Below, one piece after another: positions 23,326 through 32,000 of a stretch of DNA of 32,000 nt. The notes below the pieces were generated by a model. It ran no database searches. It was not told where the DNA came from and worked only from the letters and a program-made list of their open reading frames with translations. The position numbers and the translations under genes are program-made. This DNA comes from Nitratidesulfovibrio vulgaris str. Hildenborough (GTDB taxonomy: Bacteria > Desulfobacterota > Desulfovibrionia > Desulfovibrionales > Desulfovibrionaceae): the NCBI RefSeq assembly GCF_000195755.1, contig NC_002937.3:2010001-2042000 (forward strand), given 5' to 3'. Within the stretch, counting starts at the first letter, position 1. Every line of letters starts with the position of its first letter.

Positions 23326-25719
23326 ATGCGTATCCGCGAAGCATTATTGGATGTCCTGAAAGGGCTGTTAAAGACGACACCACGCGAAGAACCTCTGGCC
23401 GACACGTCGGTGACAGAAGAAGGAAGGTCACGGACGCAGCGCCCCGGCACCATGAGGCAACCGTGGGAAGAATCGCCTCTTGAGATGTTACGGGCATATG
23501 ACGCGCTGCATATCGTCGTGCTTCGCCTTGTCGACCACGCCCTGCTGCATGAACTCTACGGCAGTGAGCTTCTGTCGGGTGTCGAACGCAGCATCGCCGC
23601 AAGCATTGGTGAACATCTGCCACAATTGGGGCATCTCCCGGATGGCACGTTGCAACTCTTTCCCGCGGAAGGTGGCGAATTCGTGGCTGTCTGGCCCGCA
23701 CAGCGCCAGCGCACGAGACGCCTCGCCGACATCGCCTACACGCTCAAGCACTCCGTCCGCCATGCCGTGAAAGACAGCCCGCTGCTGTGGTCGGGCCGCG
23801 ACCTCCAGATAGACACGGGTTGCGCCGTCTTCCGCAAACGTCCGGACAGGCCGGTCGAAGATGACTTTCTGCGTTCGCTAGACGATGCGCGCATGATGGC
23901 CCACCGCAACATGGACCTCACCGACCTGCGCATGGCCCGTGACTTCAAGACGATACTTCAGGAGAACGCCTTGCGCACACTCTACCAGCCCATCGTCCAC
24001 TTCCCCACGGGTCGCATCATGGCCTGGGAGGCTCTCACCCGTGGGCCTGCCGATTCGCCCCTGCATTCTCCGGCCATGCTCTTCGACGTGGCCGAGGAGA
24101 TGGGTATGCTCTTCGCCCTTGAGCGCAATTGCCGCGAACATGCCATCGCCGATGCCGGGACACTGGCCGCAGGGCAGAAGCTCTTTCTCAACATCCACCC
24201 CCGCACGTTGTCCGACCCCGAGTTCACACCGGGCAGCACACTCCGTGCGTTACGTGACACGGGGCTGCGTCCCGAGGATGTCGTCTTCGAAATCACCGAA
24301 CGACACGCCATCAAAGACCTGACCACGTTCTACAAGACGCTGGAGCATTATCGCGGGCAGGGATTCGGCATCGCCATCGACGACGCAGGCACAGGCTATT
24401 CCGGCCTCGCCAGCATCGCCGAACTCAAACCCGACTTCATCAAGATAGACATGTCGCTGGTGCGAGGCATCCATCGCGACCCCGTCCGTCAGGCTCTCAT
24501 CGAGACGTTCATCGACTTTGCGGAGAAAATCGGCGCACGGGTCATCGCGGAGGGCATCGAGTGCAGAGAAGAGGCGAGCATCCTGCTGCGGATGGGGGCG
24601 CACTACGGGCAAGGGTACTACCTTGGGCGACCGTCGTACCCGAAGCACGAGGAGTACATCGACCTCAGCGGACTGCGCCCCGCGCTGGATATCGGAACAT
24701 CGGGCATGGCGTGTTCCATGCCTGTGGGCGACCTTGCCGAGGAGGCACAGACCGTCGCGCCCGACGCCCTCGTCGACGACATCCGCAAGCGCTTCGAGGA
24801 CGGACAGCAGCATAACGGACTTGCCGTGGTCGACGCCAACACCCACCCCATGGGTCTGGTGATGGACTACCACCTGAACCGCCAGCTTTCGGCGCAGTAC
24901 GGAGTCGCTCTCTATTCCAGAAGGGCTGTCACGTGCGTCATGGACCCCGCACCGACCATCCTCGACGAGAGTACCCCTGCCGAAGAGGCCGCACGCATCG
25001 CCATGGCCCGCCCCCGGCTTCAGGCCTATGACGACCTTCTGGTCACACGCGAGGGAAGACTCACCGGTATCGTCCCCGTCCAGAAACTGCTGCACACCAT
25101 CGCAGAGGTGCAGGTCGAACTTGCAAAGGGCACGAACCCCCTTTCGGGGCTTCCCGGCAACGTCGCCATCGAGAAGGAGATAGAGACGCGGCTCGCCTCG
25201 GCACGGCGTTTCGCACTCATCTACGCCGACCTCGACAACTTCAAGAGCTACAACGACACCTACGGATTCAAGAACGGGGACCGCATCATCCTGCTACTGG
25301 CGCGCATTCTCGCATGGGCCATACGGCGGCACGGGAGGAAGGGCGACCTTGTAGGGCACATCGGCGGCGACGACTTCGTGTGCATCACCACACCCGAACT
25401 CGCATCCCGGGTCTGCAAGGGCATAACCCGTTGTTTCGGCAGGCTCGTCCGCCACTGCTATTCTGCCGAAGACAGAGAGAGGGGCTGGATAATGGCGCGA
25501 GGGCGTGATGGCGTGGAACGGAACTTCCCCCTCGTTTCGGTCTCACTGGCTGTGCTCGACTGCGGTATGGAGAACAACCTTCTGGAAATCGGAGAACGGG
25601 CGGCCCATGTGAAACACCTGGCGAAAGCCATCGCGGGCAACGCCTACGTCCTCGAGACCGGGAACGTAGGCGGAAGCGGAGACTGCGTATGCCGCAGTGG
25701 TACGCAAAGTGCGTTTTGA
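23326..25719 (+). CDS. Multidomain c-di-GMP turnover protein: degenerate GGDEF-like, EAL, CBS pair, GGDEF (GGDDF with an RxxD I-site) (797 aa)
   Basis: Track ORF 23305..25719, trimmed to the ATG at 23326 (GGGGGAGG at 23314-23321). EAL residues are intact: WEALTRGP, LFLNIHP, FEITERH, IAIDDAGTGYS, KIDMSLV, IAEGIE, GQGYYLGRP. C-terminal domain: YADLDNFKSYNDTYGFKNGD...RKGDLVGHIGGDDFVCI. The N-terminal domain has ...FPAEGGEFVAVW but lacks the DxD and ND substrate residues. Confidence 0.85.
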   Translation: MRIREALLDVLKGLLKTTPREEPLADTSVTEEGRSRTQRPGTMRQPWEESPLEMLRAYDALHIVVLRLVDHALLHELYGSELLSGVERSIAASIGEHLPQLGHLPDGTLQLFPAEGGEFVAVWPAQRQRTRRLADIAYTLKHSVRHAVKDSPLLWSGRDLQIDTGCAVFRKRPDRPVEDDFLRSLDDARMMAHRNMDLTDLRMARDFKTILQENALRTLYQPIVHFPTGRIMAWEALTRGPADSPLHSPAMLFDVAEEMGMLFALERNCREHAIADAGTLAAGQKLFLNIHPRTLSDPEFTPGSTLRALRDTGLRPEDVVFEITERHAIKDLTTFYKTLEHYRGQGFGIAIDDAGTGYSGLASIAELKPDFIKIDMSLVRGIHRDPVRQALIETFIDFAEKIGARVIAEGIECREEASILLRMGAHYGQGYYLGRPSYPKHEEYIDLSGLRPALDIGTSGMACSMPVGDLAEEAQTVAPDALVDDIRKRFEDGQQHNGLAVVDANTHPMGLVMDYHLNRQLSAQYGVALYSRRAVTCVMDPAPTILDESTPAEEAARIAMARPRLQAYDDLLVTREGRLTGIVPVQKLLHTIAEVQVELAKGTNPLSGLPGNVAIEKEIETRLASARRFALIYADLDNFKSYNDTYGFKNGDRIILLLARILAWAIRRHGRKGDLVGHIGGDDFVCITTPELASRVCKGITRCFGRLVRHCYSAEDRERGWIMARGRDGVERNFPLVSVSLAVLDCGMENNLLEIGERAAHVKHLAKAIAGNAYVLETGNVGGSGDCVCRSGTQSAF

Positions 25720-25940
25720 CGGTAGGATGCAAGGGCCGCGTACGGGATGCTGCGCAGACGAAACGCCGATTCCATGCGCCATGCCGGTCAGATGCCCTGA
25801 GTCACCCGACACCTGCGGTCCGTCCACACCGGCGTGAAGCGGGCACCCCCCGACAGTGGACACGGAAGGTGCGTCTTGCCCCTCCCCGAAGCAGTCGGAC
25901 TGTCAGCCTGTGAGCGAATGTACCTGCCCACACTCATTTG

Positions 25941-28034
25941 TCAGGCATGGGCTTCGGGACCGACGCTGCCGACCGCGAAACGTATCAACTGCACCACATC
26001 GAGAATGAGCGAGATGCCGCCATCGGCATCGACCGTCGTCCCTGAAATCCATGCGACGTTGCGGCACAGATTCCCCACACCCTTGATGACCGCCTGTTGC
26101 AGCCCGACCACGGCATCCACGGCGAAACCGACTTCATGTCCTTCCTTACCCGCGACGATGACACGTTCGTAACCGGGTTGTTCGCCCGGCACACCGAGAA
26201 GAAGCCGCAGGCTGACGCACGGAATCAGGCGACCGCGGTATTCGATGCACTCCACGGTACGGACGGCCCCGTCCACGAAGCGTTCGAGGCAGGCTTCGAC
26301 CATGGTCAGGGGCACGATGTACGAATCACCGCCCACAAGGACGCGCATGCCGTCGATGATGGCTAGCGTCAGCGGAAGCCTGATATGGCATGTGGTGCCT
26401 CGTCCCGGCGTCGTCTCCATGTCCAGCGAACCTCGCAACGCGGCGATGGCGCTGTGGACGACATCCATGCCCACGCCACGACCGGATATCTCCGAGACGC
26501 CCGGTGCTGTCGTGAAGCCTGGAACATACAGCAGCGCAAGCAAGGTGGCGGTATCCGGTTCGGTCTCGGGCGGTATGAGCCCCATGGCGACGGCACGGAG
26601 TCGCACCTTCTCAAGGTCTACCCCGGCACCGTCGTCGGAAACATAGATATGCACCTCTCCACCGGAATGTGAGGCCCCGAGTCGCACCACGCCTTCTTCC
26701 GGTTTTCCGGTCGCCAGCCGCACCTCGGGAGGTTCGATGCCGTGGTCCATGGCGTTACGCAGAAGATGCAGCAACGGGTCGCGCAACTGGTCGATGAGTG
26801 TCTTGTCCAGTTCGGTATCTCCGCCCTCGGCCTCGAAGAGCACCTTCTTGCCCAGCTGCGCGGCAAGGTCGCGGACAAGCCGTCTGAAGCTGTGGAACGT
26901 AGACCCCATGGGCACCATGCGCATGGACATGGCACTGTCACGCAACGAGCCAGCCAACCGTTCCAGCCCCTCTGCCACTTCACGCATGGCATCATCGGGA
27001 ACGCCACGCACAAGCTGCGAGAGGCGCGATTGCAGGATGACCAGTTCGCCCACGAAGCCCACGAGCCTGTCGAGTTTGGCACTCTCGACCCGGATACTGG
27101 AGGATGACGCCTCGGCAGCCTGGGCGACCTCCGACGCCACAGACTGGACATCCATGCAGTTGCAGATGTCCTCCCTCTCCATGGCGCGGGCAGCGGCCAT
27201 CAGGGCCAAGGGGTCATTCACGCGCCCCCCCACGGCTGCGGAAAGCAAGGCTCGCACCGGAGGACAGTCACTGCGCTTGCCAAGGGACATGATCGACAGG
27301 TTCTCGCTATCCAGAAGCCACGCATAGTCCTGCCGCAAGACGTCAGCAGAGACCCGGCCGGTGAGTACGCCCTCCCAGCGCACGGGGAACGGCACCTCGC
27401 CCACATGTTCCAGTCCGCCGTCGGCGAACACCGGAACGACCTCGAATGGCCCGTACCCGCGAAACGAATCGAGCAGGCGCAACGGGTCAAGCCCTCGCCA
27501 CATCCAGTCGTCTGCTGGCGTAAGGCGTACCCAGAGGCAGACCTCGGCCTCGCCCGTCGCATCACCTGAGATGGTCATGTGTTCGGGAACACCAGTATCA
27601 TATGGCTTGGCGGCATGAACGGCCTGCCCATCGTCGACATCGGCTTCATCATGCTCAAAGGCTGCGATACGAAGCATGAGTGCATCCGAGGCCTCGCGCA
27701 CCGCAACAGGCACATCGGCGGGGTCGCCTTCCAGCAGGGTCTGAAGATGGTCCTTCGCCTCGAGGCAGAGGCCGAGCAGTTCGGATGTCAGCGGAAGCCG
27801 CCCATGCCGTACCCTGTCAAAGACATCCTCAAGGGCATGGGCGACGCGCGCAGCTTCGGTATAGCCGAACATCGCCCCGCTTCCCTTGAGCGTGTGCATC
27901 GTCCGGAAGACACGGGCCACCAGTGCCCTGTCGTCCGGAGTCTGTTCCAGTTCGAGGAACAACGACTCCATGTCGATGAGCAACTCGCGTGCCTCATCCC
28001 CGAAGAGGCGCATCACGGCCGGGCGGTCTATCAT
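25941..28034 (-). CDS. cheA: Chemotaxis histidine kinase CheA (Hpt, atypical linker domain, dimerisation, HATPase, CheW-like) (697 aa)
   Basis: Hpt motif FRTMHTLKGSGAMFG, IRVESAKLDRLVGFVGELVI, N-box HLLRNAMDHGIE, G-boxes DDGAGV and GRGVGMDVV, and a C-terminal CheW-like domain. AGGAG SD; the start is 4 nt after the cheW stop. Confidence 0.92.
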   Translation of the reverse strand: MIDRPAVMRLFGDEARELLIDMESLFLELEQTPDDRALVARVFRTMHTLKGSGAMFGYTEAARVAHALEDVFDRVRHGRLPLTSELLGLCLEAKDHLQTLLEGDPADVPVAVREASDALMLRIAAFEHDEADVDDGQAVHAAKPYDTGVPEHMTISGDATGEAEVCLWVRLTPADDWMWRGLDPLRLLDSFRGYGPFEVVPVFADGGLEHVGEVPFPVRWEGVLTGRVSADVLRQDYAWLLDSENLSIMSLGKRSDCPPVRALLSAAVGGRVNDPLALMAAARAMEREDICNCMDVQSVASEVAQAAEASSSSIRVESAKLDRLVGFVGELVILQSRLSQLVRGVPDDAMREVAEGLERLAGSLRDSAMSMRMVPMGSTFHSFRRLVRDLAAQLGKKVLFEAEGGDTELDKTLIDQLRDPLLHLLRNAMDHGIEPPEVRLATGKPEEGVVRLGASHSGGEVHIYVSDDGAGVDLEKVRLRAVAMGLIPPETEPDTATLLALLYVPGFTTAPGVSEISGRGVGMDVVHSAIAALRGSLDMETTPGRGTTCHIRLPLTLAIIDGMRVLVGGDSYIVPLTMVEACLERFVDGAVRTVECIEYRGRLIPCVSLRLLLGVPGEQPGYERVIVAGKEGHEVGFAVDAVVGLQQAVIKGVGNLCRNVAWISGTTVDADGGISLILDVVQLIRFAVGSVGPEAHA

Positions 28035-28038
28035 GCCG

Positions 28039-28545
28039 TCATCTCCTGTCCAGCAGACTCGGCGTAGAGAGGGCCATGCCTGTTATCTCATCCATCGTGA
28101 GAAGGCGTTCGTGGTCGAGCACGAGCACGAAGCGGTTGTCGATGCGCACGATGCCCCGCAGATAGGGCTGCGGAACAGCCGCCCCCATGGACGGCGGAGG
28201 AAGCAGCTGGTCGGTGGCGACCTCCACCACGCCGCGAACGCTGTCGGCGAACACGCCCATGAGCTGCAACTCTCCCGCTCCGGGCAGGTCGAGAATGACG
28301 ATGCGCGTGGCTGGCGTATGCGCGACACGCCCCATGCCGAGCTTGTGCCGGAGGTCGATCACCGGAACGGCATAGCCGCGCAGGTTGATGACCCCCAGAA
28401 AGTAGTCGGGCATCTGCGGAATGCGCGTGATATCTCCGGGGTCGAGCACCTCGCGCACGCAGAGGATGTCCATCGCCACCGTCTCGTCACCAAGGCGGAA
28501 GGCCAGCATGTGCAAGGCAGGGGATGCCGTATGCGGATCCATCAT
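28039..28545 (-). CDS. cheW: Chemotaxis coupling protein CheW (168 aa)
   Basis: LAFRLGDETVAMDILCVREVL...IPQMPDYFLGVINLRGYAVPVIDLRHKLG is the typical CheW fold sequence. The start is 5 nt after the MCP stop. Confidence 0.9.
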   Translation of the reverse strand: MMDPHTASPALHMLAFRLGDETVAMDILCVREVLDPGDITRIPQMPDYFLGVINLRGYAVPVIDLRHKLGMGRVAHTPATRIVILDLPGAGELQLMGVFADSVRGVVEVATDQLLPPPSMGAAVPQPYLRGIVRIDNRFVLVLDHERLLTMDEITGMALSTPSLLDRR

Positions 28546-28550
28546 GCCAC

Positions 28551-30713
28551 CTAGAACCTTTCGAAATCGCCGTCTTCATCGTCGGAGAGGTCGAGCCGCA
28601 ACCGGGGGGTAGCCGGTGCCTTCGGCACGTCAACCTCGACCCGGGTCTGCCCCGGCTTCTTCTCCTGTCCGGCGATGAACGGTGCGGAACGGGGACGCGT
28701 CCCCCCTCCGGGGATACGGAAGAAGGCGACAGTCCGTTGCAGATGTCCGGCCTGCGCCGAAAGCTCTTCGGATGTTGAGGCGACCTCTTCCGATGCCGCG
28801 GCATTCTGCTGAATGACCTGATCCAGCATGTGCAAGGCGTCGTTGACCTGCTCGGCACCTTCACGCTGTTCGATGCTCGCGGCTGCGATCTCCTGCACGA
28901 GTTCCGCTGTGCGCGCGATGTCGGGAACAAGCTTGTGTAGCAGCGACCCGGCCCGTTCCGAAACGTCGAGGCTCGCGGCCGAAAGTCTGTTGATCTCCGC
29001 AGCGGCGGCCTGACTGCGTTCGGCCAGTTTGCGCACTTCGGCGGCGACAACCGCGAAGCCGCGGCCCTGTTCGCCGGCGCGGGCGGCCTCGATGGCCGCG
29101 TTGAGCGCCAGGAGGTCGGTCTGTCGCGCAATCTCCTCGATGATGGAGATACGGCTTGCGATATCGCGCATGGCGACCAGCGTCTCTTCGACGGCGAGCC
29201 CCGATTGACGTGCGTCCTCGGCCGCACGCAGGGCGATGGTCTCGGTGGTCTTGGCGTTCTCGGCATTCTGCGCGATGCGGGTGGCCATCTCCTCCATCGA
29301 AGCGGAGCACTGCTCGACAGAGGCCGCCTGCTCCGTCGCCCCCTGGGAAAGCGCTTCGGCGGTGGCGCTCAACTCTTCACTTCCGGCCGCCACGTTCTCT
29401 GCACCGAGTTGCACGTCTCGCACGACACAGCTGATGCGTTCGACCATGTCCATGAGCGAGCGAAGCAACTTGTCCTCTTCGCTACGTGGTGCGATGCGCC
29501 GCGTCAGGTCGCCAGACGCCATGGTGACGGCAAGTTCTGCGATGTTGCGTTCCACCGCGACCATCTCGGCAAGAGCACGCGTCAGGGTGTCACGAGGGCC
29601 GCGCGGTTCTGGCTGGGTCACCGCCTGCCCACGGGCGAGTTCCGTTGCGGCAGTCGCCACCTTGCGCTCGGCTTCGAGCATTCTGTTCATCGACGTGAGC
29701 AGTGTGCCAATCTCGTCACGCGAGTCGACTTCAAGCACCACATCGACATTGCCCTCTGCGACGGATTCCGCAGCCGCAACAGCCCTGCCCAGCCCCTTCT
29801 TGATCATGCGAGTGGTCAGCACGGTGAACACGATACCGAACAACAGCGCCGTCAGACTTATGGCTAGGACAGTGGCTGCCGAGAAGCGCACCGACTCCTG
29901 CGTGTGCGCATCCTGACGTTCAAGCAGGATTCTTGCGCTGTCGGCCAGCACCGTTGCGCTGGCGACCATCTTCTCCATGAGGGCTCGACGCCGGGGCTCG
30001 AACTCCGTGAACGCCCCGACCATGGCCTCGTACTGGCGCACGCTGGAGACGGCAGAATCGAGGGCTGTACCGAACCGTGCCCGCAGTGCCGACTGCTGCA
30101 AGGGTTCTACACCCTTACGCACCTTGTCCAGATACTCGCGCACCCGCATCAGGTCATCGGGCTTGCCCCGCCACAGATAGTACAGGATATGGACACGGGA
30201 GAGCAGGAACAACTTCTGCATCTCCTGCACCCGGTCGGCCACGTCGGTGGCACTTGCGGCCATCGAGGCCTCGAACAGCGCATCGAACGCGTCCGTAACC
30301 TGACTGGCAGCGGCGATTGCCTGTTGCAACGTCTTGTCCCGCTCGACACCCACGCTTTGGAGTTCCCGGAACAGCAGCTGATATTCTGAACTCTTCTGCG
30401 CTATCGCCTGAAGGTCACCGCCTTCCTGTCCCCCCAGAGTGCCGCGAATCCGCTCCACAGAAGCGAGAATCCGCTTCACCTTGGCATCGACTTCACCGGC
30501 GCTCTCTTCATGCCCGTTGAGCAGATAGTAGAGGACGTCGATACGCGCCCGTTCGGAAGTCGTGACCATGTCACCAACCACGCGCGCGGTCTCCATCTCG
30601 CCGATGAGCTTGTGCTGTGTCCGCCAGCCCATGGTGGCGACTACGGCGCCCAGCAAAAGCAACGCGGTGAAGGCCATAAGCAACCGTGTTGCCAGCGAAT
30701 AGTTTCTGAACAT
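28551..30713 (-). CDS. Methyl-accepting chemotaxis protein: TM, ~260-aa helical periplasmic sensor, TM, HAMP region, MA signalling domain, long C-terminal tail (720 aa)
   Basis: TM1 [20 protein letters not shown]; TM2 [22 protein letters not shown]. Signalling hairpin: [43 protein letters not shown]. The tail ends ...[13 protein letters not shown]. Confidence 0.92.
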   Translation of the reverse strand: MFRNYSLATRLLMAFTALLLLGAVVATMGWRTQHKLIGEMETARVVGDMVTTSERARIDVLYYLLNGHEESAGEVDAKVKRILASVERIRGTLGGQEGGDLQAIAQKSSEYQLLFRELQSVGVERDKTLQQAIAAASQVTDAFDALFEASMAASATDVADRVQEMQKLFLLSRVHILYYLWRGKPDDLMRVREYLDKVRKGVEPLQQSALRARFGTALDSAVSSVRQYEAMVGAFTEFEPRRRALMEKMVASATVLADSARILLERQDAHTQESVRFSAATVLAISLTALLFGIVFTVLTTRMIKKGLGRAVAAAESVAEGNVDVVLEVDSRDEIGTLLTSMNRMLEAERKVATAATELARGQAVTQPEPRGPRDTLTRALAEMVAVERNIAELAVTMASGDLTRRIAPRSEEDKLLRSLMDMVERISCVVRDVQLGAENVAAGSEELSATAEALSQGATEQAASVEQCSASMEEMATRIAQNAENAKTTETIALRAAEDARQSGLAVEETLVAMRDIASRISIIEEIARQTDLLALNAAIEAARAGEQGRGFAVVAAEVRKLAERSQAAAAEINRLSAASLDVSERAGSLLHKLVPDIARTAELVQEIAAASIEQREGAEQVNDALHMLDQVIQQNAAASEEVASTSEELSAQAGHLQRTVAFFRIPGGGTRPRSAPFIAGQEKKPGQTRVEVDVPKAPATPRLRLDLSDDEDGDFERF

Positions 30714-31359
30714 AGTACAACCTTTCTGTCAGTCCTGCGGAGATGATACCGAGGGCGTCATGATACGCCCGGTCTGCCACAGTCGCATGAAGTTTCCATT
30801 GCATCCGGATGCCTGTTCGGCATGGCGGCAAAAAATGCAGGGGGAGGTCCGTAATCCATGAAGGAAGACAAGACAGCCACAAGCCCCTGCGACACGAGGC
30901 ACCCCCCTCCGTTCTGTTGTGGCTGGCGACCACGAGGGTTGGCGCGGAACGTCGCCCCGCACCTGCGCCATGTCAGTAACCGGACAGGGCAATAGTATGA
31001 CGCACGATGACAAGCAAGAGGCAGGCCAAACCCCTGCACGATTTAATGGAACAGCCCCATGAGAAAACGAGAAACGTCCTCCGCCCCCTCCCGGCCCTAA
31101 GAGACCTACCGGAGGATGGGCAGGGGCGGGCACGTGGACGCTATCAGCGACGAGTGAGAAAGGAGTCCATGGAGAGACGATGCTGGCACTCCTGCGGCAA
31201 ACGACCGGGAACAACGCAACGCGTCACGTGATTCCGGGCGGCCTGGACACCTATGCTGTCATCGGGAAGGGCTTTTGCCATGACCCAGTGTCCACCCGCT
31301 ATGAGGGCGGATTTCTGCATCAGCGGCGTCGGTCCTCAACCCGGCTTGAAGTTGCAATG

Positions 31360-31383
31360 AAAAAACGCCCCCGGTGGGGGCGT
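31360..31383 (-). terminator. Rho-independent terminator of the Rrf2-family gene
   Basis: The minus strand reads ACGCCCCC-ACC-GGGGGCGT followed by TTTTTT. It lies 25 nt after the stop at 31408. Confidence 0.8.
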
Positions 31384-31407
31384 CTGAAGCGACAAGGCGA
31401 TGCGCGG

Positions 31408-31920
31408 TCAAATCTCGTAGGAAAGGTCTGAGCGTTCCCGTTTGGTGTTGCGTCCGACCACATCAGCCAGCCCTGTGCGGGCGAGTGAACGACACGCGCG
31501 CTCGTCATGCGTCACCTCACCTGACATCAGGGCAGTGAGCGACGTTTCATCAAGAGCGGCTTCCAGAGCCTGAGAGGCCTTGATCCACGCACTACGGGTA
31601 AGGCAATCGGATTTCCGGGAACAGGCGTTGGGCTCACCGGTACAGCAGACTGTCAGCTGAATGCCCCCTTCCATCAGGCGAACGATGTCGCCGAGAGAAA
31701 TGTCGTCCGGTTTTCGGGCAAGCGTATGCCCCCCTGCTGCCCCCCGGGTGCTACGTGTGAGTCCCCCACGCTTCAGGGTCTTGAGAATCTGTTCGATGAA
31801 CTGAACAGTGACCCCTGTGCGTTCGGACAGGGATGTGGTGGTCATGGGTGCGCCTTCTCCGTGCATGGCGAGAGCAAGAAGAATACGCGCCGCGTAGCGA
31901 GTTTTGGCAGCAAGCTTCAT
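31408..31920 (-). CDS. Rrf2-family (IscR/NsrR-like) transcriptional regulator with a Cys cluster (170 aa)
   Basis: Track ORF 31408..31986 (TTG), trimmed to the ATG at 31920, giving the family-typical N-terminus MKLAAKTRYAARILLALA. wHTH: TTTSLSERTGVTVQFIEQILKTLKRGGL...RGAAGGHTLA. Cys motif: VCCTGEPNACSRKSDC. The upstream ATG at 31974 or the TTG at 31986 cannot be excluded. Confidence 0.85.
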   Translation of the reverse strand: MKLAAKTRYAARILLALAMHGEGAPMTTTSLSERTGVTVQFIEQILKTLKRGGLTRSTRGAAGGHTLARKPDDISLGDIVRLMEGGIQLTVCCTGEPNACSRKSDCLTRSAWIKASQALEAALDETSLTALMSGEVTHDERACRSLARTGLADVVGRNTKRERSDLSYEI

Positions 31921-32000
31921 GACAACGTTCCGATGAGTGTTGGCAACGGTGGCCTCCCCAAAGCCTGCAGACATTGTGCTTTTCAATTCCTCCCTTGTCA

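Noticed and set aside
25720-25940. Looked for a terminator or small gene in the 221-bp gap between the convergent c-di-GMP gene and cheA
   Set aside because: I found no stable stem with a U-run and no ORF with an SD. Nothing here can be supported.
30801-30812. Perfect 12-bp palindrome GCATCCGGATGC about 90 bp upstream of the mcp start
   Set aside because: A 12-bp perfect palindrome is expected several times by chance in 32 kb (roughly 4^-6 per position). No second copy or flanking symmetry was seen.
31921-31986. 22-codon N-terminal extension of the Rrf2 regulator (TTG at 31986, or ATG at 31974)
   Set aside because: Rrf2-family proteins start directly with MKL..K.RYA, which the ATG at 31920 gives. 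GGGAGG is too close (2 nt) to the TTG and rather far (14 nt) from the ATG at 31974. This is not fully excluded.
1-32000. Searched for tRNA/rRNA signatures, CRISPR-like spaced repeats, transposase or integrase genes, terminal inverted repeats, toxin-antitoxin pairs and defence-system genes
   Set aside because: None seen. Apart from the repeated boxes at 747-930 and the twin hairpins at 10837 and 11003, I found no repeats. No ORF has nuclease, methylase or recombinase motifs.

Overview
GC-rich DNA with strong GC3 bias and many antisense shadow ORFs. The content reads like a core chromosomal region of a Desulfovibrio-type sulfate reducer. From memory the gene order resembles the D. vulgaris phnD...proA-nadD...cheA region, but I cannot verify that here. 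I support 25 protein-coding genes and found no rRNA, tRNA, CRISPR array, IS element or transposase. Gene order, left to right: a PhnD-family ABC binding protein (-, truncated by the window edge); a ~600 bp non-coding spacer; an HAD-IIA phosphatase-glpA-glpB operon (-); a divergent Dak2/FakA-like::DegV fusion gene (+); an orphan 77-aa ORF with its own terminator (+); a five-gene 2-oxoacid:ferredoxin oxidoreductase operon, oorD-A-B-C plus a 96-aa ORF (+); a convergent operon of TPR-like membrane protein-iorA-iorB-GAF/sigma-54 activator (-); proA-nadD-TPR protein (+); a family-9 glycosyltransferase (-); a triple-PAS membrane histidine kinase (+); a degenerate-GGDEF/EAL/CBS/GGDEF protein (+); a convergent mcp-cheW-cheA operon (-); a ~690 bp spacer; and an Rrf2-family regulator (-). 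Most of this is ordinary metabolism and signalling, and I see no defence or mobile island. The parts I think deserve a second look are: (1) the FakA-like::DegV fusion opposite an HAD-glpAB operon that lacks glpC; (2) two 2-oxoacid oxidoreductase operons converging on an embedded sigma-54 activator, with an unassigned fifth oor gene; (3) a 10 kb signalling island with two kinases and no receiver domain; (4) three 8-nt homopolymer tracts confined to the histidine kinase gene; and (5) two long non-coding spacers with repeated boxes or sigma-54-like motifs. All start codons were re-picked by hand from the supplied ORFs using SD sequences, family N-termini and coupling overlaps.
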